DNA of 63,899 nt, counting the filler, from Vannella sp. (lineage: Eukaryota): NCBI GenBank assembly GCA_023345925.1. It is 8 parts of 8 records of this genome, joined end to end, with 100 filler letters (N's around TTAATTAATTAA, not from the genome) between each part and the next. Parts side by side here need not be neighbours in the genome. Positions count along the whole stretch, not along the records: positions 39,488 to 51,581 come from JAJQQN010000421.1; positions 51,682 to 60,552 come from JAJQQN010000320.1; 6 more parts are not named here. One strand, 5' to 3'. The translations under genes and the position numbers were made by a program. A model generated the notes under the pieces. It worked only from the letters and a program-made list of their open reading frames with translations. It was not told where the DNA came from and searched no databases. Positions 46,351 through 57,883 of this stretch are shown here, piece by piece. How positions within the stretch are numbered: the stretch's first letter is position 1; each line of letters begins with the position of its first letter.

Positions 46351-47912
46351 ATGCTCCGTCGCCACGTAGGACCTTCCCCCGACGGTCCACTGCTGGGAGA
46401 AGATGGGAAAGAGGGATATAAGAAGCACACGGGAGCATGGAGAGCTCAGCGATGGAAGCTGATTGCGCTTCTCCTCTGCGGGATGGCGCTCGGCTCCGTT
46501 TGTTTGTGGAAAGGACTCAAACAAGAGGAGAACCGGGATCCCCGCTATCGTCTCCCTCTACAAAGTCGGTTCTATCACTCTATTGACCCTTCAGAGGATC
46601 AGGTCGTCCTCCAATCCCTTCGAGTGGATGATATCGTTCAGATCGAGAGATACGGCGCGGGTTTGGCTGACAAATACGTCTGTGTGCTGTCTTCTGGCTA
46701 CCAGGCCCTCATCAAACCAATGGAGGACCCGCGTTACTTCTTTCCTTGGCATGTCCCTCTCTGGGAAGCCAGAAAGATGTCTCCCTCACAGAATCACAAG
46801 ATTGGAAGGTTGAGATCTACGCACTAGCTGTACTCCTGGGCCGGTTCTCACTCTGACATGGTTCTTTAGAGCAGAGAACCTCTATCAAGGGTGGGGAGAA
46901 GTGATGGGCTTTCACGTAGATCGAGCTTTACAGTTTTACAAGAAACCACCAACGGTTGGGAGGATGCTCTCTAACAAGGCAAGCTTGCCAACCACTTTGA
47001 ATGACTCATTGACGTTTGGATGTACCAAGGTTCTCTTTCTTGGCGCACCAATCCATTTGGGAGGCTGGCGGAGATGGTTGCCAGAACATTTTGTTCCAGT
47101 CTCCATCACAGTGTGGATGGAGGCCACCCGGAATCGCATTCCATCAGACCTTACTCGACAATATCTTGTTCATTACTCCGATAGCAAATCAGCGGTACGC
47201 TCCATGAGAATGAGGAAACCAGGACTCAAGTCATTAATAGCACTTTGAAGCTCTGATGGTGTCCAGGAAGATTGTCTTTGACTTCCTCTTGGACGACCAC
47301 GATAGTCAGGCAGCTCATAACTACCGTTCGGATGCCCAAAACACTCTTCTTCACTGGGACAGCGGATTGGCTTGGCGGCACGGTTTGGCTCCTCTTCTCA
47401 CAATAACTCTGCCCTCTGACCGACTGAAGGGCCAAGAGCTCGCAGTGATTGTTTAGATCTTCTTTGTGGTGCTGTCCATTGGGTGGAAGCCTACAAGGAT
47501 GCCGGGATGGATTGCCCTCGGATATGCCGATTTGAGTCTCTCACGTACGAGAAGCTGCTCCGCTTCTCTGCTCCCGATCAGAGTATGTAGAGCTTCTTCA
47601 TAGAAGGCTCTTCTGACTGCCTCACTGCAGAAAAGCTGGGCCAGTTGGTGGAGGAGCATATGAAGGAGGACCCCACCTTCCCTGTGGTCCACTATGGCTA
47701 CTTCTACATAGACACGCATAAGCGCCAGTGGTTCTCTCATACAAAGGTAAGTCCCTGATCGTCCCTGAAGCGCAGAACTCAGGGAAGCACCCAAATAGGT
47801 CCGGTTTACTCTCAACAGCTTCTTGGAAGGACTCGATCAACGCGTGGAAGAGGCCACAAAACACATAGAGAGATGCATTGTAACGTATGGAACAGCAAAG
47901 GTTGTCTTCTAA
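46351..47912 (+). CDS. Secretory-pathway kinase-like protein (FAM20/Four-jointed-like), type II membrane, multi-exon
   Basis: N-terminal TM helix. ALIKP, GEVMGFHVDRAL...PPTVGR, VFDFLLDDHD, HWDSGLAW and C-terminal FLEGLDQRV...IERCIVTYG..VV parallel FAM20 motifs. Confidence 0.75.
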
Positions 47913-48091
47913 AGTGTCTTCATCTCTGCCACGGGCGTGGAGGGCAACTTGAGAGTCACTTGCTCCGGAACTGGGAAGCCGGTGAATGCAGACCCTTGAC
48001 CCTTTACTCTTTTCTACGCACCCAACATGTCGTTGTCCTCAAGGTCCATCTTGCTGTCCTCTCCCACCAGAACCAGCGCCTCCTTCCCCAT
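47909..48091 (-). CDS. Putative 43-aa microprotein, 2 exons
   Basis: Reads MGKEALVLVGEDSKMDLEDNDML|VPEQVTLKLPSTPVAEMKTL* after a GT-AG intron. Preceded by the local TCATT motif. Confidence 0.35.
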
Positions 48092-48126
48092 ACCAACAAA
48101 TAATGAAATGTTGTTCTGGGCGCATC

Positions 48127-48202
48127 AAATTGAATGGGATCAACACTAATTCAGTTTTATCTGTTTTTCGAATGATCGGAAAGTGGCCACTTTTCGATCA
48201 TT
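48127..48202 (+). repeat. Dispersed element copy C, ending in a 32-bp palindrome
   Basis: AATTGAATGGGATCAAC...TTTTATCTGTTTTT...GGCCACTTTTC resembles 50952-51029 and 55445-55518. AATGATCGGAAAGTGG|CCACTTTTCGATCATT at 48171-48202. Confidence 0.6.
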
Positions 48203-48277
48203 ATGGGACATTGAAGGAAGAGGGTTTGTGTATTCCTTCTGAAACAACGAAATAGCCTCAAGAAAGATTCATTCAAG

Positions 48278-50740
48278 CTAATCTGACGACATCATTGTTG
48301 TCCCCGTGTTTGTGAAGGATTTGGAAGAAGAGATAAAGAGACGGGGCAGGGGATTGGTTCCCCGATCGAGGATGAAGATGCCAATCAGCTTGGGGGCGAA
48401 CTGTAAGAACATCGTTGCAGAGAACGCATAAATGATGGCCACCGTCCGGAAGATCCACGCCAAGTATGGGTTGAAGGGTTGGACGGTCAAGAACACGGGA
48501 ATGATGACGGCGCACAGGAAAGCGATGTTGTAAATAGAGAACGCAATCAGCTTGCTTTCATTGAAGTGAGAAGGCGCTTTTCGAGCCAAGATGGACATAA
48601 TCATTCCTAGCAGAAGCACCAACGCTGCGTATGCCACGAAGATGAAGAAGAACACCAATCCTCCAGGTGGTCCTGTGAACCCGCCTGTGTCGCACACGTA
48701 ATGCTGCTTACCATCCCGTTCAACTAAATGGGCCGTAGGTGTCGAAACAATGAACCAAATCACAAGAATCGCGATGGCTGGGATCATCAGCAGGGTCCAG
48801 AGTCCAAGCAGCTCTAAGTTGCTCATTCTCAGTCGATTCATTGGGAACCTGAAGAGTCGCCACACCCTGAACGTGCGCACAGAAAGTGCTGAGATCATCG
48901 AGATGGCTGACAGCCCCAGCAACCAAGGCTGGAATCCGCATCCGACTGGATGGGGCTTGCCGAACCAAGCAAAGACGGATGACAACCCCACGATGATAGA
49001 GAACAATATGAGCAACAAGAATGGAGGACTGGCGGCTCTCAGGCGCCGATACTTGAGAATGTACGAGAATACAATCACAAATACGACCAGCAAGAGGGCC
49101 AGCAGCATCAAAAGTCCAGTCGCAATCCCGAATCCAATGAACAGCCCAATGTACGAGTGATCGCAATCGTTGTGCTCGTCGGACATGTTGTGACAATCAA
49201 TGAACTTGTCGCAGTGATAGTCCTCTTCAATTTGGTCAATGTCGCGGCCATCAGGTTTTCTCAATTTGATTGTCTTCCCAGTTTTGTCTGTTCGCAACTT
49301 CTTGCCATGGCAAGACCAGTAGTCAAAAGCAGGCCGGATGTCAAGATCAGGGACATTCGTGGTCATGTCATACCAAACCACTTTGGAAGTCTCAATGTAG
49401 CCGCTTTCCGGAAGCCAGACACCAACAGGGTCGTACTCAGATTTTGTTGAGTTCCATGAAAGAACTTGATTGCCCATCGGGCGGTCTCCAAACTCATCAA
49501 ACGAAATAGATCCAGAAACGCCTTCAAACCTCACTTTCCGGATAGCATCAGTCCATTGCTCTGCAGGGATGCGCGGTTGATCCAGGAGGTCTCTTCGATC
49601 CAGATCATGAGCGGCAAGGCCAGCCGCGTAGATCATATCACGGACCAAGAAGATGTATGGGCTGGGTGGAGAAGTCGTCCCTGGATAGATTTCTTTGTCA
49701 GCCATGGCCCAGCGCCCAAGGAACCCAGCAGTCAACGGGGCTGAGAAATTCAAAAACACAAAGTTCCCTATCAGACCCTGTGTCTCTCTTGTGTTGTTAA
49801 ATTGAGGATAGGTTGGTGGAGTAATCCCCACGTTGTAATCGGATACGATCCAAACATAGTCCGGACCGACGAGTTCCGCCTTGATTGCTGCCTGGACAAT
49901 TTGATACCAAGGACTGAAGACCAAGGCAACGATTACCCGTGCTCCTGAGTTCTTGATCTCTCGCATTTCCACGTCAATGTTCTCTTCAGGGTAGGCCACA
50001 ATCTGCCGGAAAGAGACCACCCGCAAGGGACCACCCTCCAGCAGGCCGATGAAGTTCTTTGCCATATCAATACCCAACTCCTCTGTTGTAGATAAGACCG
50101 CAAGATCAGTCCATCCTCGGCGTTTCTGCCCGTAGTGAAGAACCACATCCCGGATAGCCTGTACTTGTAGGCTTGCCGATGGGAAGATACGAGAGTAGTT
50201 AGGGTACAGTCTCTTGTTGGACAACTGTGTAGAGCCTACGCCAGTTCCCAGCTCTGCAATGCCGTACACTGATCCAGCAACAGCAGTGGATGCGGTCGTC
50301 TCTGAGACGAAATTGCCAGCCAGCAACGTTTGATTAGAGAACGAAAGCTGCAAGAGCAGCTGGAGAGCCAACTAAAGCGAGCAAGTGTTAAGGAAAGTCG
50401 CCACACGACGGGCTGGTGGGGCTTACGACCGGGGAGAAGTAGTGGGCGTACTCCTTCAGGACAAGTCGCGTGTTTGGTAGGATAGCTGGATCGTTGTTGA
50501 TGTCTTCAGCAGCAAACTGAGCCGCTTCACAGTGTGTTAGGACTCGGATGTTGATGGAAACGACCCACCTGCAAAGATCTGCTGCTGGACGTAGCGATAT
50601 CCAAATAGTGGAAAGAAGAGGGGGCCTGTTGATAAGTCGTAGCTCAAGAAAGGAATCTCAAGCTCAGTAGGAGAACCTCCCACAAGTACAATGCAAATAG
50701 AAAGCACGCAAGTGACCCAACCCACCACAAATAGCCCCAT
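48278..50740 (-). CDS. Class C GPCR (GABA-B-like): Venus-flytrap domain + LDLa-like module + 7TM
   Basis: Signal peptide. AAQFAAEDINNDPAILPNTRL, LSNKRLYP, FEGVSGSISFD..GDR. 7TM with RAASPPF, RTFRVWRLF, FNESKLIAFSIYN and FAPKL. Confidence 0.92.
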
Positions 50741-50951
50741 AATAATGACTCCATTTCCAGACAAAATTGGCCTTCCCTGAAAGATTTCTTCGATCTTCCA
50801 GATATCGAGTTTCCAGTCAGAGAAGGATCTAATCTGTTATTAATATTTCCTGTTCATTCCTACGAAGAGTTACAGTTTTGAGCGGACCGGTCCACAATGG
50901 CAATGGGCTGGTGTTCAATTCACCGCCCACTCAACCACGTCCGCTGGCCTC

Positions 50952-51029
50952 CGTTGAAAAGTGCTTCTAAATTCGGATGGCACCAATGCGAATGATGATT
51001 TTATATGTTTTTAAGAGGGCCACTTTTCC
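50952..51029 (+). repeat. Dispersed ~75-bp element copy A
   Basis: CGTTGAAAAGTG...AATTCG..TGG...CAA.GCGAA...TTTAAGAGG...CTTTTCC aligns end-to-end with 55445-55518. Ends GAAAAGTG and CACTTTTC are inverted. Confidence 0.75.
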
Positions 51030-51040
51030 TTCGTTAGGCG

Positions 51041-51581
51041 ATGAGCTGTGATGTCCCTCTCACCAGCCGTGGCCACCTCAACCAATTTGTGAGAGGAACC
51101 GTCCCCGCGATAAAGACTGTCCGGCCCAATGCCATCCTGTCGTTGCTTATTCGTTCTGTCTTGGAGATGCGATCAAAGACTCCTGAAGAGAAGGATTGGG
51201 ATTCTCCTGTGATCATCTATGGGACTGGCTTTTCTACGCCTCAACTGGAGCTCATCCAATCTAGCATTTTCAATAACAGTGATCGGAAGTTCCTGAAGTG
51301 CGGGAGTGCATCCACTCTCCGGCGTTCCAGTGGGCGTTCCCGGCTCGGCGACGGTTGATTACCTCCTGTTTACTGAAGTGGCTTGACGAGACGATTTCCC
51401 TTAAACGTCACCTTGCTGCCAAAGAGTATGCCACAATCGCCTCAGATGAAATGGAGAAACGGGTACAAGTGGCTGTGACAAACCTTCAGAAGGAAGCATC
51501 GATTTTCAATAGTATGATTAGTCTCTGGATGAGCTATTTTGGGTTGAAGAGCGCACCTGAAGCTTGGATGAAAGCCCGAGT
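51041..51581 (+). pseudogene. Unassigned ORF with an apparent frameshift near 51300, 3' truncated
   Basis: ATG 11 nt after element A. Frames 51041-51358 and 51298-51581 overlap without an evident frame-correcting intron. Confidence 0.4.
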
Positions 51582-51681
51582 NNNNNNNNNNNNNNNNNNN
51601 NNNNNNNNNNNNNNNNNNNNNNNNNTTAATTAATTAANNNNNNNNNNNNNNNNNNNNNNNNNNNNNNNNNNNNNNNNNNNN
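51582..51681. other. Artificial contig linker
   Basis: Same spacer. Confidence 0.98.
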
Positions 51682-51847
51682 TTCTTCTTTTGCAGAAAAT
51701 TCGCAAAAATTCACGAAATTTCGATGATTCCTGGAATACTTCCGGGAAGGTGATGTTGTAGCAAAGCCCTCAATCAAGATTGAGAGAGTTCCTGCCCAGT
51801 AAAGAGAGGATTATTCTGAAGTATTGGCTTCAAAAGGGAAAGGGCGT

Positions 51848-53933
51848 TTATTGTTCTGCGACCTTGCCGGGTTGAGCCACGTTCGAGCAGAAGATGTCAA
51901 AGAGCGTCTTGGTGGTGACGATGAGCATTGGTCCAACTAGGATGCCTTGGACTCCGAAGGTGGAGACTCCGACTGCAAGGCCGATACCGGTGAGGTAGGG
52001 AGAGCTTCCAGGAATGAGCTGGTAGATGGAGTCGTCGACGAAGCCAAGGGCTTGTTCGAGGAGGAAGAGGCCGATGGCAATGTAGAGGACTCCGCTGCTA
52101 CCGTGGAAGTAGGCGATCAGGAGGGTGGGTGTGTAGATCAACCAAGCAGATGTGAGAGGGAACAAGGCCATGGCGCCCACAATGAAGGCACTGACGAAGG
52201 CAAAGTCCAAACCAAACACTGAGAAGTACAACAGAGTGGCCAGTCCGTGAGAGAAGCTCAACAGGAATGAAGTAACGAACACCTGGATGATGTTCTGGTG
52301 GATAGTATCCGCCAAGAAACGCTGCTGGTCCTTCGAAACGGGCACAATGCGGCATGCCATGGAGACAACAGACTCCTCTGACTCCATGAAGTAGAACAAC
52401 GCTCCAATGAAGACAATGAACTGCAAGAGAGTATCAACAGCACCTAAGAGGGTGGCCATGATAGAGCCAAAGAACTCAAAGATGCCTGTACCAGTGCCAA
52501 AGAGGAATCCACCGATCGCCCCAGCGACGGAACTGACTGTTTCCATGTCCACCATGTCTGTGGCCTGCTGATAGTAATCCTGTGCGTCTGACAGTCCGAA
52601 TCCTTCGGGCAGGTACGAGGTTACCATCTCCACATAGGACTGGGGAGCAGCTTCCTCCAAGGGAGCAGTTTCGTTGGCAGCAGCAATGGTGACGGCGACA
52701 GAGTCCGTTTCGTTCCCTGTGAGCATGTTACCATAGACCATCAGAGTCTCTTCCAGCTCAGTCAAGTTGTAGCCCTGGGAAGTCGCCCATTCGTCTAACT
52801 GGAGGCGTCCGTTCTTGATGGCCTCTCCAATAGACTCTTCGTTGATGCCATACTCCTCCATCATCACTCCCCACTTGGGGTCCTTGATCTTGGCCTCTGC
52901 AATCTCTTGGATCTTGAAGGCAAAGTCGCCAGTCTCCGTAACAGCCTTGAAGGCAAAGAGGACTCCGAAGAGGACCACGCAGATGAGGAAGCCAAAGACC
53001 AGAATCGTGTTCACAAAGGAGTCAAAGGACTCTGCCTTGGTAATGGACATGAGAGCAATCACCACAGCGGTAAGAACCACCAATCCAACGCCAAGGGAGA
53101 CCCAAGGGATCCAGCAGCCCCATCCGATGACAAAGCAGCAGACCTTACCAAAAGCAGCTGCACCAGCAAAGTAGAAAACGAACGTTCGGTCGAACTTGGC
53201 GATCAGATAAGTGAGTTTCGCCTTGATGACCACAATGAAGCCGCTGTTGTTATCCTCAATCCTCTTCATTGGGCGACTGAGGCGGAGCAACAAGGCTTTG
53301 GGCTTCCTCAGCATGATACTCAGGAGTACTGCCCAGAAGAAGGGTGCGATGTATTCATCAATCATCTAGAAGAGAGTTAAGGACAATCTGAGCGACTCCT
53401 TCCGTTAAGCTACTCACCGTAAGCGTAAAGTAGCCAAGGATGAGTAACACAGCAAGGAGAAGCTGCGAAGTAGTCCCTTGGAAAGCTCTGCGGACATCGC
53501 GGTTGAACTTGGCGAGTTGCTGCTTCTCACTTGCAGTCTCAGGGACAGCATTAGAAACAGCTGGAAGAGGAGCGAGAGAAGGAACCTTTGGCTCCTTTGC
53601 GACGGGTTCCGAGCGTTGCACGAGTGCTTCAATCTGCTTTCGCTGTGACTCTTGTTGGGCTTGGATGGCGCTCGTCAAACGGTCAATCTTCTTACTCAAG
53701 CGGGCAGTGCTGGAGCCAGAGCTGGATGATCTCTCCCTCTTCTCCGTGGGAGTCTCCTCTACAGTATCTTCCAACTCCTCGCGCGTCATTGAGCGGGCGC
53801 CGATCTTCCAACCGCTCGCAGTGCCAGGCGAGACATCCTCTGAGGTCTCCAGTTCTGGTTCAACTTCGCTCTTCTTCTTACCCCTGATAGAAGATACCAC
53901 AGAGCGAGCGTTCTTCGCCATGGCAGTCGCCAT
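51848..53933 (-). CDS. TMEM245 / AI-2E-family polytopic membrane protein, 2 exons
   Basis: YIAPFFWAVLLSIML..PK, F...LFYF, HGLATLL and PYLTGIGLAVG...FGVQGILVGPML. Intron at ~53367-53418. Confidence 0.75.
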
Positions 53934-54315
53934 CCCGCTAGAAGAAACGAAGCCAACCAATCCAGATGGCCGTACCAAACCAGAACAAAAATTATGGACT
54001 TCTCCCATAATTATCATTCTCCTCAACGAGACAAAGACCGCCCAGCTCACCCTTCAAGGCAAACTTTCTTGTTGCTGTCCTCATCAGCGTCTTGTTAGAG
54101 TGGGTGGTTCTGGTTCGCCAGATTGCAAGCCAACAATAACGACAGGGCACGGGGCAGTATCCTGAGGCAACTAGAACAAATCCACCATTGGGTGGGATGA
54201 CGTAGTGCCTCTGTTCTCATGCGCAATGATCGAAACATCCCAATAATGTGTGGGACATACCAACCAACTATCTCTAAGCCACAGCCCTCTCAACAACCAT
54301 TTGTAGCCGAGAGGG

Positions 54316-55366
54316 ATGGAGGAGCTGTCCAAGCTGAAGTTTGTGGGGTGCCAGATGACTGTATCAGGGGACAAGTGGGCGAACCACCGTATGGCAGAGG
54401 AGATAGTGCGCCAAGCGAAGCAAGAGCAAGGCGAGTTGGTGGTTCTTCCTGAGTGCTGGAACTGCCCCTACTCAAACGCTTCTTTCCCCTCCTTTGCAGA
54501 AGACCTCTCTTGCATCGAAAGTAAGTGCTAAGAGGGCTGTTCATGGTCTAACAAAGGCAGAGTCCCCCTCCGCCTCTCTTCTTCGCAGGCTTGCGAGAGA
54601 GAACGAGGTGTATCTGATTGGAGGGTCGATTCCTGAGCGAGAAGGGAACCTCCTTTACAACACTTCTTTGAGCTTTGGGCCTGATGGAGCCCTGCTGGGC
54701 AAGTTCCGCAAGATTCACTTGTTCGATGTGAATGTACCTGGAAAGATCACATTCAGAGAGTCTGACACACTCAGTCCTGGCGATAGCATCTCCGTGATAG
54801 ATACAAGTGAGCAATCCTCTTCCTGACAAGCTCTCAAGCTCATAATGCAAAGAATGGGGGAAGATTGGAGTCGGAATCTGTTTCGATCTCCGCTTTCCAG
54901 AGCTCACTCGCATGTATCAAGAGAGAGGATGCAAGATCGTGGTACTGTCACTGGTATACGCCACAATGGAGAGTAACCTCGACTCCAGGTCTTCCCAGGA
55001 GCGTTCAACATGACTACCGGCCCCGCTCATTGGGAACTCCTCTTACGAGCAAGAGCATTGGACTACCAGGTAAGTCTAACAGCTCTCCTTTGGGTACTGC
55101 TGACATACCCCTGCTGACATCAGATGTTTATCTGTGCGGTCTCCCCTGCTCGCTCTCCCGAGAGCCCGTACACCGCTTGGGGCCACTCTACCGTCACCAA
55201 CCCATGGGGAGAAGTCATAGCAACCACACAACACGAACCAAGCCTCCTCTGCGCCACCCTAAACCTCCAACAGCTCGAAGAGATTCGCCTTCAAATCCCC
55301 GTCCTCCTCCAACGTCGCATTCAGCCCATCTTGTCCATCGGCGATACACAGGGGGCCTCAAAGTGA
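54316..55366 (+). CDS. NIT2: Omega-amidase, nitrilase family (Nit2), multi-exon
   Basis: [12 protein letters not shown] (Glu), [18 protein letters not shown] (Lys), [12 protein letters not shown] (Cys), [16 protein letters not shown] and AWGHS. Confidence 0.92.
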
Positions 55367-55419
55367 AAGTAGGGCCTCCACTGAAGTAGGGTTTGCTCGC
55401 ATTGAGATGATTTGCTCCC

Positions 55420-55434
55420 AAACCCTAACCCTAA
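55420..55434 (+). repeat. Two telomere-like CCCTAA units (telo-box-like)
   Basis: AAACCCTAACCCTAA, 10 nt upstream of element B. Confidence 0.45.
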
Positions 55435-55444
55435 AGTGTGTCCT

Positions 55445-55518
55445 CGTTGAAAAGTGTCTTCAATTCGACTGGGATCAACGCGAACCAACTTTTTGTTTGT
55501 TTAAGAGGTTCCTTTTCC
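55445..55518 (+). repeat. Dispersed ~75-bp element copy B
   Basis: Colinear with copy A, which is on a different contig. Confidence 0.75.
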
Positions 55519-55519
55519 G

Positions 55520-55930
55520 TGATACAGCTGGTTCAGTTGCCCACTAGTCTAGTCTGACCCAAGTAATGAGTAGATCAAGAAGCAACCTGATTCTGCATCA
55601 GCATTGATGTGATTGTTAAGAAGGTGATACCACGTTTAGAGCAGCGAACCATGAACAGCAACTTCCAAGTGAACATAGAGGCCCTCTCAAACAAGTTTGT
55701 CAACGCGGAAGGGAACACACCGATTCGTTCAAGCTGAAAGGCGTGATGAAGTTCTGCAGAGATTCTCTTGAATGGTTGACGAAGGTTTGGAGCGAATGGG
55801 CCAAAGAATGGTCCAATAATGGTCCAATAATGGTTGGGCTCGTTATGGCGAAGGAGTGTTCGTCCATTCGCGCCTCCAAGCCCTTTCAGAAAGAACTGAT
55901 TAACAGTGTGAGTTCATTAGAACAAGCCAA
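55520..55930 (+). pseudogene. Stop-riddled ORF remnant downstream of element B
   Basis: LEWLTKV...LVMAKECSSIRAS weakly resembles LKWLDET...LAAKEYATIAS downstream of element A. Confidence 0.3.
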
Positions 55931-55946
55931 CACGCCATTTGGTGGG

Positions 55947-57802
55947 ATGAAGGGTGGTTTGGTGGTGGCTTTGTCCGTCCTCGTTGCGTTCTGTGTGGCG
56001 GCGGGGGTGAAGGAGATGGGGATGATCTCTCCCGCGCGTTTGTTTGCAAGTGGTGTAGTAGAGAACATCCGATGGAATGGAGGACGTGGAAGTGCGAAGG
56101 GAGTGGCGAAGGTGAGCGGAACGAAGGTGGCAGTGGTTCAAACCCCTTTGGGAGCTATCTCTGGTCTCGAGCAAGACGGTCTTCGTGTTTTCCGAGGTAT
56201 CCCTTTCGCTCAAGCTCCTGTGGGAGACCTACGTTGGGCGGCTCCCGTCCCTGTAGCGGGTGGGCTCCTTCCTCTCTCTCCGCGCTTCCAGAGCCCACTG
56301 ACAGTTCTTTTGTAGCTTGGAGTACTCCTATTCAAGCATACCAATACTCCAGTGCTTGTCCTCAGTCCAACTCGACCTCTGAGTTCACCGTTGATGAGGA
56401 TTGCTTGTATCTCAATGTTTGGGCGCCTTTGAAGTCGCAGATGACAGCAACCAAGGTTCCAGTGATGGTCTGGTTCCATGGAGGTGCATTTGTAGCTGGA
56501 TGGGGAGGAGACCCGATCTTCCGGGGAGACTATTTAGTCAATTCAACTTCAGATACCATCGTGGTGACGACCAATTACCGCTTGGGTGCTCTTGGCTTTG
56601 GTGCCAGTCCTTCACTGACAGGGAATTATGGGTTCTTGGACCAGCAAGAGGCTCTTCGATGGGTGCAGAAGAACATTGGAGCGTTTGGAGGTGATCCATC
56701 AAAAGTGACAATCTTCGGGCAGAGTGCTGGGGGAATGTCGGTGTCCCTTCATACACTCTCTCCTTCCAGTAGAGGTCTCTTCTCTCGCGCCATCGTGGAG
56801 AGCAACCCTGCTGGAGTGAACTATCGAACTGCCGAGCAACAATACCCGTACATGGAGCAATTGGGCAAGATGGTGGATTGCGACTATTCTGACACAGCCT
56901 GTATGAGAGCGGTGCCTTGGGAGAAGATCAAAGAAGTTGAAGTGTTCGTTTATGACTTGACTAGGCTTCCCATTAACACACTTGAGTTTCTCCCCTGGTG
57001 CCCTATCGTCGATGGGACTGTTATTCCTGACCAGCCCATGGATCTCTATCGTGCTGGTCGAGTGAATACTGATATCGAAGCATTTGCGATGGGTGTAGTG
57101 CGGAACGAGACTTTGGCGTTCTTCCCAGATGTGGAGCTTCGGAAGATCACTTACGAGACACTGGTTGAGTTGGTCTTTGGGCCACAGAAGGAGTCTGTTT
57201 TACAGCAATACCCAGCTTCTCGCGGTTCCAATTTGAACCAGTTCTCGATTCTGACAACAGATTGGCTATTTGAATGCGCAACTCGTCTTGCTGCAACCGC
57301 TTATGCACAGTCAGGCATCCCTACTTACACGTACCACTTCATGCATGCCCCAGTTCACGATCCTATCAATTTCAACAAGCCAGCATGTGCTGTACGTGGT
57401 GTACATCGGAAGAGATTGAGTCACTTGTGGAGCTAACCATGCTTCATTTACAGGGAGCAGCATGCCATAGTGCCGAGATTCCTTTCGTGTTCCACTCTGA
57501 TGCTTTTGTTCCACTGGAAGGGAGCTTTGACAGTGCTGAGGAAGAGCTTTCTTGGGGCATGCTCACTTACTGGCGCAATTTTGCTCATGGCAGCATCCAG
57601 TCGAATAAGTTTGGACCAGCTTGGCCCATTTACAACGCCACTGTGCAAGAGAGTTTGGATCTTTCTATTCCTCAAATCACCACAATGCAAAAGTACCACT
57701 TTAACGAGGTTAGTTCCTAGTCCTGAGTACATAGTCCCTCTGAAACACTCATTCTCTTTCTTCTAGTGTGCGTTTTGGGACTCTCTTGGATACGTCAACT
57801 AA
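55947..57802 (+). CDS. Secreted type-B carboxylesterase (cholinesterase/crystal-protein-like), multi-exon
   Basis: Signal peptide. FRGIPFAQAPVGDLRW, EDCLYLNVW, WFHGGAF, NYRLG, FGQSAG (Ser), NE and CHSAEIPFVF (His). Confidence 0.93.
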
Positions 57803-57883
57803 GCATGAAGCTCCATGGTAAAGAGTGGAACAAAAAGTGACATTCCAGTTCCAAAGATTCATTCAGATATCACGTTTTAGTGA

